Source: Oopsacas minuta (taxonomy: Eukaryota > Animalia > Porifera). From it: a stretch of 64,000 nucleotides of DNA. Below the pieces are notes generated by a model that was not told where the DNA came from, ran no database searches, and saw only the letters and a program-made list of their open reading frames with translations. Location of the stretch: contig JAKMXF010000323.1 of NCBI GenBank assembly GCA_024704765.1, forward strand, positions 248,001 through 312,000, given 5' to 3'. This document shows, piece after piece, positions 24,281-37,230 of this stretch; within the stretch, counting starts at the first letter, position 1; every line of letters begins with the position of its first letter. The position numbers and the translations under genes were made by a program.

Positions 24281-26408
24281 GTTGTGTATGTACGCTGTGT
24301 GAATAGTTAATGCATGTTGGTTAGATCTACTAGTGTGATAATTATTATTACTTTTGCTATAAGTTACTCCAGATAATTAAAGAATGAAATAGTATTTGCA
24401 CGTATAGCTTTAACTCGGAACAGTGTTCCTTCTAAGGACACCAGATCGCAGCCTCTTTCGGTGATCCATTCAATATATCTGCGATCTTCATTGTTTTTAC
24501 AAATATTCCGATTATTATGTTAGGATTATTTTAATGACTATTATGATTATTTGAAATTAATCCGTGAACTACGTAATATAACAATGACAGGAAACTACTA
24601 TATTTTTCATACTCACCAACCCCTTGTAACAGTTTCCCTGAATTGTTTTCTCAAAATCCCTGGAATTCTAATTTTACATTTAAATAATGTGACATTTTCC
24701 CTCGTTTATGTGGTAAAAATGCAAGAAATATCCAATAATCCTTCCGGATATAGCAATCTTCCCCAGATCATACGCCTTATCCCGAATAATCCAGGGATCT
24801 TCGAATGGTTGGCAAGTATGATTTTTGGACCAGGGATAAAGAAGAAGTCCACTGTCAATGATTCGAATTATATACATACGCATAACTCATATTATTAGAG
24901 ATTAAAGTAGAGTCTCGTTAATACGAACACGGTTAAGAAGTACAAATTTGTACTTTATCAGTCCCCTTCTATGTCTTTCAATGTAAATTAGTACGGATAA
25001 TACGTACTCCGGATAAGGAGTACAAATTTTGGCAGTGATGTAATGAATCACAATTTCCACATCTTGAAAATGTTTTTAGTTCGATAAAGACCTCATGTAA
25101 TCCCCTAATCTCTTAAAGGTATTGTAGCTAGGATACTCATTACCTTGCTCGTGGGTCTCATATCGTAAAGTAACTGAGACTCTGGTATATCATCAAACTA
25201 ACGTTTAGCTGCTAGTCTTTAGGAACTTAGGAACTCAATTTTACAATAAATAATAACTCATAAGTAACTAAAATTCACATACCAAAAATGGATGATTCAG
25301 AATAACAAGGTGATCTAAATTAAATCTATATTATTAACCAAGTTATTGTTCAAACGAATATTTTACCAAATTTCAAACAATTACAGATACATGAATTAAA
25401 TGGCAATTGTCATTGTGCAATCATTCTGTAATAAGGACTAAGATTAGTATGTAATATTATTAGATCACAGGTATACGAGACAGGCCTGGGGGAGCAAATT
25501 AAAAGTGCTCAGGAAAAATGCTGAGTATTCATAGCTGCCCCATAAAAATGTAGAGGACAAGCCAAAAAGTGGTCAGGCAATTAAGTTGATTAATGCTATG
25601 CTAAAAATTTCACACAAAAGCAGAATAATGAAGTAAGAGTGTGAAAATAGAAAAATTATATTTTGATTTGATTACACAAACACAATGATTATCAAAATCA
25701 TGTTACGTGAATAGAACTTGAAATCTTTGCAAATTTCTATGATAAATCACCGCACCGTGATAACAAGACACAAATATTTATTCAAACTTTCATATTGTCT
25801 ATGAACTGAGATAATGCTTTTACCCCTGAAATACCTCTGTACCCCCATTGCACCCCATCTTGCGATGCGCTAGCGCCGCCACTGCCCACCATAATAGTTC
25901 AATATTCTTCAATTCGTTATGAATTACTGTAATAACTTCAATTTCTCCAGAAAAATTAAAGTGTGAATCTCACATTGGATCAGTGAGACTTGACAACTAT
26001 GCCATAAGTTAATTGTTCTTGCCATGTTCTTGCTAAAGCCTAATCTAAGCATTTTGTCTGGAACACTGTGCAGGACCTTCCGACTGTCCAGATGCCAACT
26101 TTTACGCCTTACCCATGAGTCTGAGATGCCAACTTTTACGCCTTACCCATGAGTCTCACGCTTTTCAGAGATTAAAAAGTGAAATATCATGCTATTTTAT
26201 GATTCTCCGCTCTAACATTCGATGCTGGGATGCCAAATCTCACACCTTTGGAGAAGAAATCTTACGGGTTAGCATCTATGTGCATATAGTATATCACATT
26301 TCATGTAATCATTATGAACTAGGTAATATGCTCGAACCCATTCTATATGCTAGCAATCTAGTGTATTTTAACTAACTAAACACTTTAATTAATATCATAA
26401 GATACATA

Positions 26409-27650
26409 ATGGCAACTGCAAATTACGAGTTGATAGAAGAAAATGGAGATTACTTTGAATTAGAATTGGGTCGAGTGAAAGAGAAAATACATACAGCATT
26501 TAATCAGTTAATTTCTGACTTGAGAAAGAGAGAAAGTGAACTGTTGAAAGAATTGAATGAGATCCTAGCTTCCTATCACTCTTATAAAAGTGAACATAAG
26601 AAACTGAGCAAGATGAAAGGAAGATTGGAAAATATAAAATCATTTCATAATAAGGAGTTAACTTCTTCAGGCCATAATGCTTTGAGAAAACAAATCCAGA
26701 AAACCATCGACAACAAACTAGGATCGTTTAAAATGCTAACACGCCCACGGGTAGTTAGTTTTGAATGCGATAGAGATATGGTGTTAGAGGAAGCGATCAA
26801 GTTATTCAGGTTGGTAGATAAGTTGCCAAGTAGGGTTGATTACACCAGCAAGAATCAACCAGAATTGAGCATTTGTGATAGAGGAAACGGAATTGATCAA
26901 CTTTACTGGCCACATGGTGTTGCAGTTGATATCAAAACTGGGAATATTTATGTAGTGAATTTATGGAGCAACAGTGTGAAAGTATTCGATTCTACTGGTA
27001 GGTATCTATTCAAATTTGGAGATGGTAAGGGCGAAGGAAAAATGAATAAACCAAGATATATATCAATCTTTGAGGAAATAGTCCTTATATCTCAAAGTAA
27101 CAACTGCATACTCAATTATCGACTAGATGGGAAATATATTTCGAGATTTGGTGAGTATGGAGAAGGAAAAATGGAATTTAACGTTCCCTCTGGTCTGGCA
27201 TTTAATGAATTGAATGAAGACATTTACATATGTGATTACTCTAACGATCGTATACAGATAATTACAAAAGAATTCCTATTCAAATCTCAGTTTGGTAAAT
27301 GTACACTTAAACAACCTCGTGACGTTAAACTTTCTGAAGAATATATTTATGTTCTTGATTCATCAAACCCCTGTATTCATATCTTTGACCATAATCATAT
27401 ACTTCAAAGTAGTGGAATATCTCTAGGACCGGGAATGCAAGTGATTAATCCACTTTATTTTTGGCTAGATTGTTCAAACAATATTCTAATTTCTGATTAT
27501 CAATCAAATTTCGTTGTCATCTTCAATCCTCAATTCGATTATATGCACAAAATTCAAGTCTCCGCCTCTCCTATGGGAATCACACTAGACAGCCAAGACA
27601 GAATGATAGTAGTATGTCAGGCGGAAAACAACTGTTTACAGATATTTTGA
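26409..27650 (+). CDS. Intact intronless coiled-coil + NHL-repeat protein (413 aa), TRIM-NHL-like but without RING/B-box
   Basis: Open frame MATAN...NCLQIF*. Helical N-terminus. About six NHL repeats (PHGVAVD..GNIYV, PSGLAFNE..IYICDYSNDRIQI, PRDVKL, PMGITLDSQDRMIV). Confidence 0.92.
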   Translation: MATANYELIEENGDYFELELGRVKEKIHTAFNQLISDLRKRESELLKELNEILASYHSYKSEHKKLSKMKGRLENIKSFHNKELTSSGHNALRKQIQKTIDNKLGSFKMLTRPRVVSFECDRDMVLEEAIKLFRLVDKLPSRVDYTSKNQPELSICDRGNGIDQLYWPHGVAVDIKTGNIYVVNLWSNSVKVFDSTGRYLFKFGDGKGEGKMNKPRYISIFEEIVLISQSNNCILNYRLDGKYISRFGEYGEGKMEFNVPSGLAFNELNEDIYICDYSNDRIQIITKEFLFKSQFGKCTLKQPRDVKLSEEYIYVLDSSNPCIHIFDHNHILQSSGISLGPGMQVINPLYFWLDCSNNILISDYQSNFVVIFNPQFDYMHKIQVSASPMGITLDSQDRMIVVCQAENNCLQIF

Positions 27651-28262
27651 ATCTACAATTTAGGTGTATGTGTGCTTCATTCATGTTACTCTTATTTCTT
27701 TATCTTAATATCTACGACCAACTGAAGATCCATGGGAATGGTGGATATATCCTCCTCCAATGGGATATTCAGATTATCTGGAATGATCGTAGTATTGAAT
27801 TATTACGTTAATGCATGGGCCGGCAACCTTTTGAGCATGCGGGCCACATTGAGTCATTTACCTTACTACCCAGGGAGAACGCTCGACCGTCCTCTTGTTT
27901 AATTCCAATTGCTTTGTAGGTTCCTATTTTTGGTTTTATGGTATGTTAAAAAGACGCTATACTAATATTGATTTTAGTATTTTATTGTCAGACTGTGAGC
28001 ATTGAAAATAGATTGTGCACTATCAGCACAATACAGTAGATTGAACTAAGTTTTGAACGATTTTATTCACCACAAGGATTATGTTCCAAATTAATATTTG
28101 TTACAATGGATTTAAATTGAAAAGCGATATTTGAGAACAAAGAGAATTTGTACAACTATAACAGCGGGCCGGATAATCTTACCTCGCGGGCATGGGCGTA
28201 GCGCTGGGGAGGAGCCTGGCCAGCCAAAATTCTCAGTATGGCCCTACAAATATTTTGAATAT

Positions 28263-29275
28263 TGTTATGAAATACCAGTATATATCCGTTTAATTATACA
28301 CTATAATTAACGAGAAGTATTTAGCAATAACGTTACCTAAGTTTCTACGATTATATAAGTACGTACTAACTATATAACTACTAACATATACATTACTCAA
28401 TCCCTGCAGCCTTGGTTATCTCAAGACATCTTCACCTCCTCCCTTCAAATCGGCGTCTTGTGGTGTTCGTTGCGTTGACTACTATATACATAACTGTCTG
28501 TACACCAAAAGGGACGTCTTCTCCTACGCTTAGATCTTATCACAGGAACTGTTTAAGCCCTTGGGCTAACCTCTATCGTTCCCCCTTGATTTGTACTTGA
28601 TTCCACTGTATCCTCCTGTGTTGCTTCGGTTTCATCAGGTTGTTCTTCTTTTTCTTCGGGAAGTAATTATGTTTCCCAGCTCGAGTAATCTCCTTACTGT
28701 TGGGGCAATTTCTTACACTTGTTCAGATGAATTACTTTACTTGCCCCACTTTCATTATTTATAAGCTGCATATTCAGACCCAAGGGCCAACGAAAAGCGG
28801 TGATAGAGTATCTTTTCGAGGTTGATTTTTCAATAAGACCCAGTCTCCTTCTCTAGTATCTGCCATTCCAGAACTCCGGTCGTAGTTCTGCTTCATTTTG
28901 GTCTGTGAGTTCTTAGTATTTCATTAGAAACTTCCCAGAGCTTCTCATTTCGTTGAACGGCAGATTTCACGTAGTCCTGAGGTCCGATATACTTTTTGGA
29001 ATGTTGAAAAGGTATCCATTTATTTGACGGTTTCGAATGAAAGGACTGGATCGACCTTTCTGATTGTCCGTCCCTCTCAAGGTAATATGTCGAAGAATGT
29101 ATCTTTTGAATTCCTAACCGTTTACATATCTCGGATCATTTGACCATCTGCTGCGTTCTCTTGATCCGACAATAATATATTGGGTGACCGCCACGGTTGA
29201 ACCACGCATTTTCTAGTGACTCATTTACCGAACCCGAATCCTTCTCCTTCATAGCCCAGGCTTCTACTTGCTTGG
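28263..29275 (-). mobile_element. Gypsy LTR-retrotransposon 3' relic: integrase core/GPY-F fragment, PPT and 3' LTR
   Basis: Minus strand reads VEAWAMKEK..., LLSDQ..., IHSSTY...DGQSERSIQS, MKQNYDR..EGDWVLLKN..LFVGPW. Purine tract GAAGGGAGGAGGTGAAGA (28429-28446) is followed by TGTCTTGA...TCATAACA (putative 166-bp LTR, 28263-28428). Confidence 0.7.
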
Positions 29276-30330
29276 AAAAGAGATCAACTACCCTAACTTT
29301 CCTCATGTAAATACTCTAGTTAAGTTAAATTCCTCTCTGGCCTTGAAAGTGACTATTTTCCCTTCCTCAAACAAGAGACTCATTCTTTCTGTGATACTGA
29401 AAAACATGATATTGTCCAAATGGACGAAATTCATGTTAAATCGGATATTTCATACATTGGTGTTAAGATATACAGGGCTAGTTTAACACCAGAAGATCCA
29501 ATCAAAATTGTATTCGCAATTATGGTGTATAGTCTACAGAAAAAATGGCCTTGTATTGTTCGTCTGTTGCCAGCGTATCTCTTTCAGCAGAAAACATATT
29601 TACGGTAGTTGTATCTTGTGTTCAAGATATTGAGTGTCGTGGCCTATTTGTAGATATTTTTCTACAGATAAGTATCCTCTCAATGTAAAATTATTCAAAC
29701 TCTTCTCTAAAAGTGGTAAGCTGGAAACTCAAGTTCCTCATCCTTCTAATCTAAATCGAATCTTATTTCTCACCTTTGATTTCGTTCATATATTAAAGAC
29801 AATACGAAATAACTGGTTAAATCTGAAGTCAAAGAGTATGAGCTTTATTTGCCCTAATTTTGAAGATATACGAACAGATTATTGTTCCTACTATTTGAGA
29901 ATGTGCTCAGCTTCTTTCCGCGATGTCCGCATCTTATATCGTTCTGAGAAAGAATATTTGGCAAAACTAGCTCCGCGGTTAACATTTAAAGCATGTTTTC
30001 CCTCTAGTTTAGAGCATCAGAATGTGAAACTAGTTTTAAAAGTCATACATTAATCTACACTATCTGTTCTAACTATTCAATGTGACCAACGTGTGTGGCT
30101 AACAAATTAAACACTTCAGATTTTCTCAGAATTATCTATTCTCTATGGAAAATGTTCAAAGCAAATATTCCATACAAGCATGCTCGTTTAAATGATCCAC
30201 CCGCTCAACTATTCAGTTTATAGATACATATATCAATACAAGAGAAATATCCCCACTGATATTTGGGTGAGATTCCATGATATCATAATTGTCAACAATT
30301 GAAAATTTCTATCCTTGAGATTGTTAAGTT
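29275..30330 (+). pseudogene. P-element/THAP9-like transposase fragment
   Basis: IVQMDEIHVKSD, FAIMVYSL, STDKYP, FDFVHILKTIRNNW, AKLAPRLT...PSSLEHQNVKL. Homologous to the 59.6-62.4 kb element, with many frameshifts. Confidence 0.85.
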
Positions 30331-30926
30331 TATTGTTATTTTTGCTAGTTATTTAGAAAAGAAATTTAAAATATCGATTAGTATTACGATTTTAGCTAAC
30401 ATAATGACCTAACACTGCACTGTTCTTTTCGTGATAACTTCACGGTTATAACATTAAATTTTAAAGTGAGACTCGGGTGAAATCCGTGAGACCTAACACA
30501 CATGTACTATAAAGATGCGAGCGTTTTACCAGAAGGATCATGCCCCTGGGCAGGAGATTTGACCAGGGGGACATTGTTCCCCCCGTGGCGACGTCGCTAT
30601 GGACTTTACTAAACTTCTTTAACAAGTTAGCAAATTATGTCTACTCCGGAGCAGACTAAACAAATGTATAATATTGATATTGAATGTTAATCATTGTAGT
30701 GTCGAATGACATCTAAATGCAGGGTTTCCGTGGGAATGAAAATTCAATAACCATTTCAATCCCATTCCCACAGGATTCCAATTGAATTCCAATGCCCTAT
30801 TAAGTGATGTATGTGTCAATTGACAACTATCTTACTGTAACTTTATGCTTGCTATTTTGGTGAGAGCTATACATACAGAATATATTGATTATATTAGATA
30901 TCTTATTTGTTTAGAGAACTAAGGTA

Positions 30927-31915
30927 ATGGCTACAGCTAATACTATTGGAAGAAGACAATTTCGAGTTGGAATTGACTCGAATAAGTATCAATAATATGT
31001 TGAGGAAATGAAAAGGATTGATTTATTTATGCAAGAAATAAACAACCTCTAGTGAGTGTTTGTAATGAAGGAACTGGAAATGAACGATATGGCTATCCAC
31101 TTGATGTTACAATAGATCACCAAACAGAAAATCTATATTATTAAATCACAATTGTTGTCTGTTTGTCTGTTTGTTTGTTTGTTAGTCAGTTGTCAAGGAA
31201 AGGATTTACGATATGCAATTTGAAATTGTCGCATAACTATGTATTTATTGTGTTTATCAAGGAAGTAAATAGAATTCAATAAAACTTTACTAAATATATC
31301 GAACATGCTGAATCCGAATTTCGCACTTTGGAATAATCATATGTAAACTTATTGTTGTTTTTATGAATATAGAGTAAACAAATTTCAAAATGGAGGTAGA
31401 ATCATACTTTCAACGACTATACTGGTATACTTGAATATGCTTAGTCTGAATATTGTAAACAAGAGCGATATTATTAAATCTCAATTGTTGTTTGCCTGTT
31501 TGTTTGTCCGTTGAAAACTTGAAGGCGCAATGTGCCGAGTTCATCGCGAAGCGACGAGCCAAAGGCTCGTATTTATATAACTGATAATCAATTGAATAAT
31601 TGTGTTGAAGTATTTGACAGTACTGCTAAGTATATATTCAACTTTGGAGATAGCAGAGGAGAGATGTACCATCCGACAGGTTTAGCTATTCGTGAAATAG
31701 GATTCTTATATCTCAAACTGGTAACTGTATCCTGAATTATGAACTAGATCGACATTTTATTTCCAAAAATGGTAAATATGGAAACAGAGAAATAGAATTC
31801 AGCTATTCATTCGGTATAACAATCAGTGAATCTAACGAAGATATTTTATTTGTGACAGTATTAACAATAGAGTTCAGATACTCTCCAAAGACATTCTCAA
31901 ATCTCAATGTATTAT
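30927..31915 (+). pseudogene. NHL-family pseudogene with short N-terminus, interrupted by a Helitron-like insertion
   Basis: ATGGCTACAGCTAAT at 30927, then EDNFELELTRI, KQPLVSVC, ...DHQTEN|insert|IYITDN..NNCVEVFDSTAKY. Stops and frameshifts. Confidence 0.85.
31132..31569 (+). mobile_element. Complete non-autonomous Helitron-like element (438 bp)
   Basis: A|TCTATATTATT...TCGCGAAGCGA CGAGCCAAAGGCTCG|T. Excision restores the NHL codons GAA AAT ATT TAT ATA. No TSD. Confidence 0.8.
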
Positions 31916-32624
31916 TCTGAGATTGATTAAGATTGAATTTCAAGTGAATTTTGAGTCATTAGCATTCAAACAAAATAATTCTAACATAATTTATATAAAA
32001 TATTGTCTCCAAAGTCATGCAACTTTAATTGCATTATTTCAATAAATAAATACTGACAATCGGCACTGATAATCTATATTATTCAAACGCAATTAATCTG
32101 TATGCATATATTTGCTTGTGTCCAAAATTGATTGAAGAAAGTGGAAGACCCAGGGCTGATTCTTGGCACACAGGATCATTTGAGGCCTGGCTCGGACAAT
32201 TTCGAGTCTTGGACGAAAATTATGATGTCTTTGTCACCTATTAGGAATTTCAAAAATCACATTATTAGACACTGCTCAGCTAATATACGTGATTAAAGTT
32301 TGAAATTTGAATCACAGTTATACCCCTCAATATGGCACACCTACCGACCTCATCATTTTGGCCAATTTCGTATAATTTCCAGAAATTTTTAATGCCCGAT
32401 GTACGGAGTGCCGAGATTACTAACCAAAAGCGAGACAGCATCTCCAGTGCCACCACAGAAGGCCATTAAATGTAATTTGGATGGACCATGGGTAATAAAA
32501 TCTTAAAATTTCTGTTATATTATATCCCCGAGGCATGAAGTGCTGAGTTTATTCCGTCTTCTAGCGACAAATAACACTGTAAAATTTAGCTGTTTGATAC
32601 TTAAGCTAACCTGGTACACTAAGC

Positions 32625-32659
32625 TGTCGCGTAGCGACCTAGCAAGCGAAGCGCGCTAG
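32625..32659 (+). mobile_element. Helitron-like 3' terminus (hairpin + CTAG|T)
   Basis: GTCGCGTAGCGAC hairpin then AGCAAGCGAAGCGCGCTAG|T. Same motif as the CTCG-ended terminus at 36155. Confidence 0.6.
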
Positions 32660-32946
32660 TAACTTTCAATTTTGGTATTATGGATATACGATCAGGTGAT
32701 AGGAGCGAGGAATTTTAAGTGGATCATTAATTCGTGATCTTAGTTACTATCGTATATGTGTACAACGTAAACAAATTTAAGTGCCAAATTTCTGGAATGA
32801 TGGATTAAGCATTAAGCACTACTAGATAGTGGGGAGGAGGAAAAAAGTAAAGGCTTTGGGAAGATTCACTATCATAAACATGACAAACACACTTGGCCGA
32901 TTACAGAATGAATTGGGAAAATCAAAGTAGAATACATTGAATAGTA

Positions 32947-33555
32947 TTAGAAAATTTGTAGACAATTCTCGTCAGCAAAAACTCACAACAATAATTCTAT
33001 CTTTATCATCAACTGAAATTCCCTTTGGATTAGAAATAGAGATTTTGTGGATACATTCAAATTGAAAATTGAAAATAAGAATAGAATTAGAACTATTATC
33101 TGAGATTAGAATATTATCAGAATGGTCTAGAAAGAAGAAAAAGGGAGATATCAATTACTGTAATTCTTCTCTAGCTCTAGAAATGATATTCTTCTGTAGA
33201 ACTAGATCTTTGTTGAAAATGTGTAAACAAGGATTGGATTCATCGAGGATAAAAATGTTGTCTCGATTGAGTTTGATATCAAGAGGGATTTGCGAGGATA
33301 TCTTTACCAAACTGAGACTTGTAATGAAGTTTTTCTGAAAGAATCAGACTACAATTGTTACCATAATCACAAATGTAAACATCTCCATTTGATTCATCGA
33401 TTGTTAAGCCTCAAGGAGTAGGAAACTTTAATGCTCCCGTTACAAGTAGGCTAACTTTAGAAATAAACTTTCAAACTGGTTGATAGTTCATGATATAGTG
33501 GTTGCTTTGAGAAATAAGAACTCTACAAATAGCTAAACCTATCAGGAGGAACATC
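32947..33555 (-). pseudogene. 5'-truncated NHL-family pseudogene
   Basis: Minus strand GLTIDESNGDVYICDYGNN..., KSQFGKDIL, NPCLHIFNKDLVLQK, ISPFFFFLDHSDNIL, GISVDDKDRII, NCLQIF* (stop 32947-32949). Frameshifts. Confidence 0.85.
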
Positions 33556-34329
33556 CTTCCATCATCTGTTGAAGATTATGCCGATAAGCTATCAGGGGAA
33601 TGATTTTGCCTGAATGAATGAGAGCTAATAGGTATTAGGCCATAGGAATTTGAGGTGAGACCATACCCTCAAGTCACCTCTTGAGTCACCACTAGTATAT
33701 CATTTGAAATGTGCCATTATGGTCACAGACCGAGAGTGCAACTCAAACATACGTTAAGACCAGATTACACCCACTCAACCAGTGGAGTCGTGTGGCTTTG
33801 AAATCTGGGGAGAGCACAAATTCAATCAAGCGTGCAAAAAGTTCTGGATGAGGGTCTATGGGCGCTCTAAACAATCAGTAAGGTCCTGGAGCGAAACTCA
33901 TTGCAAGAAATAACGTTGATTTGCAATTAGCCCAGAAAGTTGACATTTTTCTGGTCCCTTGGAGTAATGATGTGGGAAGTCGGAGAATATTTGGGGGGGC
34001 GGGTCCCCCCAGGCACCTAAAACACTACGCCACTCTCAGTAGCCATAGGGAATTGAAACACAATTCTTAAACGATTGATTCTAAAAATAGAAATAAAAGA
34101 TGAAAACAAGTGAAATAGGAAAGTTATATTGAAGTAATTAATTCGTGTTTATAATGGAATAAGATACTAATGGTGAAGAAGAGAAGAGTAAAAGTAGGGG
34201 AAAATTCATTACAATAAGCATACAACATACTGGTAGAAAACAAATACAATAAAACAAAATAGGCAATTCAAAGTAGAAAATATATGAGAGTATTTGAATA
34301 TGTGTAGGCTATTGTTGCTAGCATAACCC

Positions 34330-34387
34330 AACTCGCAACAATAATTCTATCTTTATCATCTACTGTAATTCCATTGATTTAGAAAAC
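34330..34387 (-). pseudogene. Tiny NHL 3' fragment
   Basis: Minus strand GITVDDKDRIIVAS, nearly identical in DNA to paralog 3' ends. Confidence 0.6.
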
Positions 34388-34458
34388 TTATTGTTGAGAG
34401 CTCAATGTATACATTTTGATATGTATTAGATATCTTATTTGTTTAGAGAACTAAGATA

Positions 34459-35204
34459 ATGGCTACAGCTAATTATATTGGAGAAGACAATTTCGAGTTG
34501 GAATTGACTCGAATAAGTGTTAATAACAAAGTTGAGGAAATGTAAATAATCGATTATACAAGAAAGAAACAACTTCTAATGAGTGCTTGTAAGAGAGGAA
34601 ATGGAAATGCAGAACTTAATTCTCCATTTGGTGTTACAATAGATCGCCAAACCGGGAATATTTATATAGCAGATCATCGGGAAAATGTGTCAAAGTATTT
34701 GACAGTACTGCTAAGTATCTATTCAGATTCGGAGATAGCAATGGTGAAGAGGAGATGAACTATCCATCTGGTTTAGCTATTTGTGGAAATATGATTCCTA
34801 TTCTGTATTTGACAACGGTGTCCTGAACTATACACTCCTTGATCTGTTTAATTCCAAAATTGGTAAATATTGAAACGGAGAATTAGAATTCAACTATCCT
34901 TCCAGTCTAACAACTAGCGAATCTGACGAAGATATTTACATTTGTGATTATTATAGCAATAGAGTTCAGATACTCTCCAAAGACTTTCATTTACATTATT
35001 GATGAATCTAATCCTTGTCTTTAATATATTTGACCTAAATCTCATTCTACACAAAAGTGTTATTTCTCGAGGAGAAGTAATGCAAGTTATTTATCCTTAC
35101 TTCTTCTGCATAGATAGAGACCATCAGGAATATCATTAGCCAATCAAGATAGAATTATAGCAGTGTGTCAATCCAAGAATTAGTACTGTCTACAAATATT
35201 CTAA
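34459..35204 (+). pseudogene. NHL-family pseudogene with short N-terminus and internal deletions
   Basis: MATANYIGEDNFELELTRISVNNKVEEM*IIDYTRKKQLLMSAC...GNIYIAD...VFDSTAKYLF...CLQIF* (TAA 35202-35204). Confidence 0.85.
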
Positions 35205-36154
35205 TTCTCATTCTATCTTCTCTCCTTCATTCTATACTATTATCAATAATTTACTGATTCAATTAATTCATTACATTTGTGATATTGTCCTCTCTATTCT
35301 TAGTTATCCTTTCTCATCTTTTACACCTGTTCTCACAACTTGCCAATATGACATCTTGCCGACACCATGTCATTTATTATTTCTTAGATACTACAATATG
35401 AATCCTGCAATTATAATTACAGCATCAAGCATAGACATTCTGTAGAATGTCGACATTGAGCTTTAATACAACTGTTCTTTCTATCTCTTAACAAACTCGA
35501 AAAATGGCCTTCGGCAAGTTGTCCCAGCAGATCTTTACATTTATTATTATTCTATTCATTTGACGATGAACTGAATTAATAAAATAAATAGGAAATGATA
35601 ATACATGTATACGGTTAGTAAATACTAAATAGTACTAACACCAATGGATTTCCAGAAATAGGACTTCCCATATGATTCCCATAGGAGTTCTCACAATATT
35701 CCCATTGTGACGACTAGCAACGTACTAGAACAACCATAACAGATTAACATTTAGTCTAGTATAGTAGATTACTCGCAGTCTTATTCAGTCATAGTTTGAC
35801 TTATTTGTATTTCTATTATAGCTAATATATTTCCAAGCTTGTATCACACCATGGGAAATCTCTTGGGAATGGGAATCGTATTTATCCAGTGGGAATCCTG
35901 CATTATATTGCTCACTAATAGATTTATGATTTGTATATATCATATTTCTTTGAATAAGCGCCCAGGCGCTTATTCAAGGTAGGCATTTTTTTCGTCCAAA
36001 TAGTTTTCAATTTATGAAATTACAAAATATTTTTGGGGAACTAATTATCCTGATGGTAGCATGGTCATTTCAATAAAAATATTCTTCTAAAGGGTGGTCA
36101 TAAATTTTTATGCACAAGATTTGAAGATTTTTTCTAACCCACAGCTATATATAA

Positions 36155-36997
36155 CGAGCGCGCTACGCTTGCTCGCGCTACGCGATTGCGAACACTTCGT
36201 GTCCACACTCTGAGTCTACAGCCCTCGAGTACATAAACTCATAATCTCAAAGGTAGCAAACATGATACTGCCATAATATAAATCTGCTTATTTTATGACC
36301 CCAAAAGTGAACAAATATTTATGAAATGTTGTTTATAATATCATATTAGGACTCAGCACGATGAACACCATTTTCCATTAGTTTGATAGGAGAGGTGAGT
36401 TTTCAGGATTTTTGAAAAGCGACCTTTAGATGTGTATATGGTATTTCAATACTTATTTGTGTCCATCGCTCGTTAGAAAAAACCCTTTTAATTAGCATAT
36501 TTTTTAATATAACAAAGAAAATATTTGAACAACAGTCAACATCCGCTATCTCGAATGCCCGTTAACTCGAATATTAGTTATCTCGAACAGAATTTGATTT
36601 CCTCTGAGGGTTCGAGATAATGGATGTTGACCGTATATGTGTAGAAGAAGAGAAATTCTATTTATTATCGCAAATGGAAGGTTCTAGTGGTGTGCAGATC
36701 GCCGAGTTAAAGGGAGCTGTAACCTTAGACTGATTTCTAAGTATTTACTCAGAAAATATGTATAAAAGTGTCCCTGTACACATTTGTCTTTGTGTACAAA
36801 TGTCGCACTTGTCTTGTACACAAGTGTCATACTTCCGTCCGATATATTAGTGAAGTTTTATTGAATTATATTTACTTCCTTGATAAACACGATAAATACA
36901 TAGTTATATAACAATTTCAAAATAGCATACCGTAAATCCTTTCGTTGACAACGGATAATCAAACAGACAGATAGACAGACAACACTTAGATTATAGA
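36155..36997 (-). mobile_element. Helitron-like family copy with internal MITE insertions
   Basis: 5' A|TCTATAATC..(CTGT)n at 36997. Internal blocks match 53250-53560. 3' end TCGCGTAGCGCGAGCAAGCGTAGCGCGCTCG|T. Confidence 0.65.
36533..36633. mobile_element. pogo-type MITE (101 bp)
   Basis: CAGTCAACATCCGCTATCTCGAA...TTCGAGATAATGGATGTTGACCG|TA. Confidence 0.6.
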
Positions 36998-37230
36998 TAT
37001 ACTAAAATACTAAGTCAACCTTTTTAGTACTGAGCAACTATACTATGTAATAGTATTAGTCGACACAGTAAAAATTAGTCTAGAGACAATTACGATAACC
37101 AGATAATAATGTATGAGCAAGATTAATTAGCACAACAATATTAAATAGGGATAATGAACGAAATGTAGGCATTGTGAAGGACAATGAAAGTAAAATAACT
37201 GATAAGAAGATGAGCCAGAATTAACCTAAA

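Noticed and set aside
26090-26156. 34-bp tandem duplication upstream of the intact NHL gene as a regulatory element
   Set aside because: It lies at the end of a probable MITE (AGATGCCAAC...GTTAGCATCT), with no evidence of function.
30720-35902. Pack-type element with TGCAGG..CCTGCA ends enclosing three NHL pseudogenes
   Set aside because: No TSD was found, and the right-hand end appears to belong to a self-contained MITE (~35640-35900).
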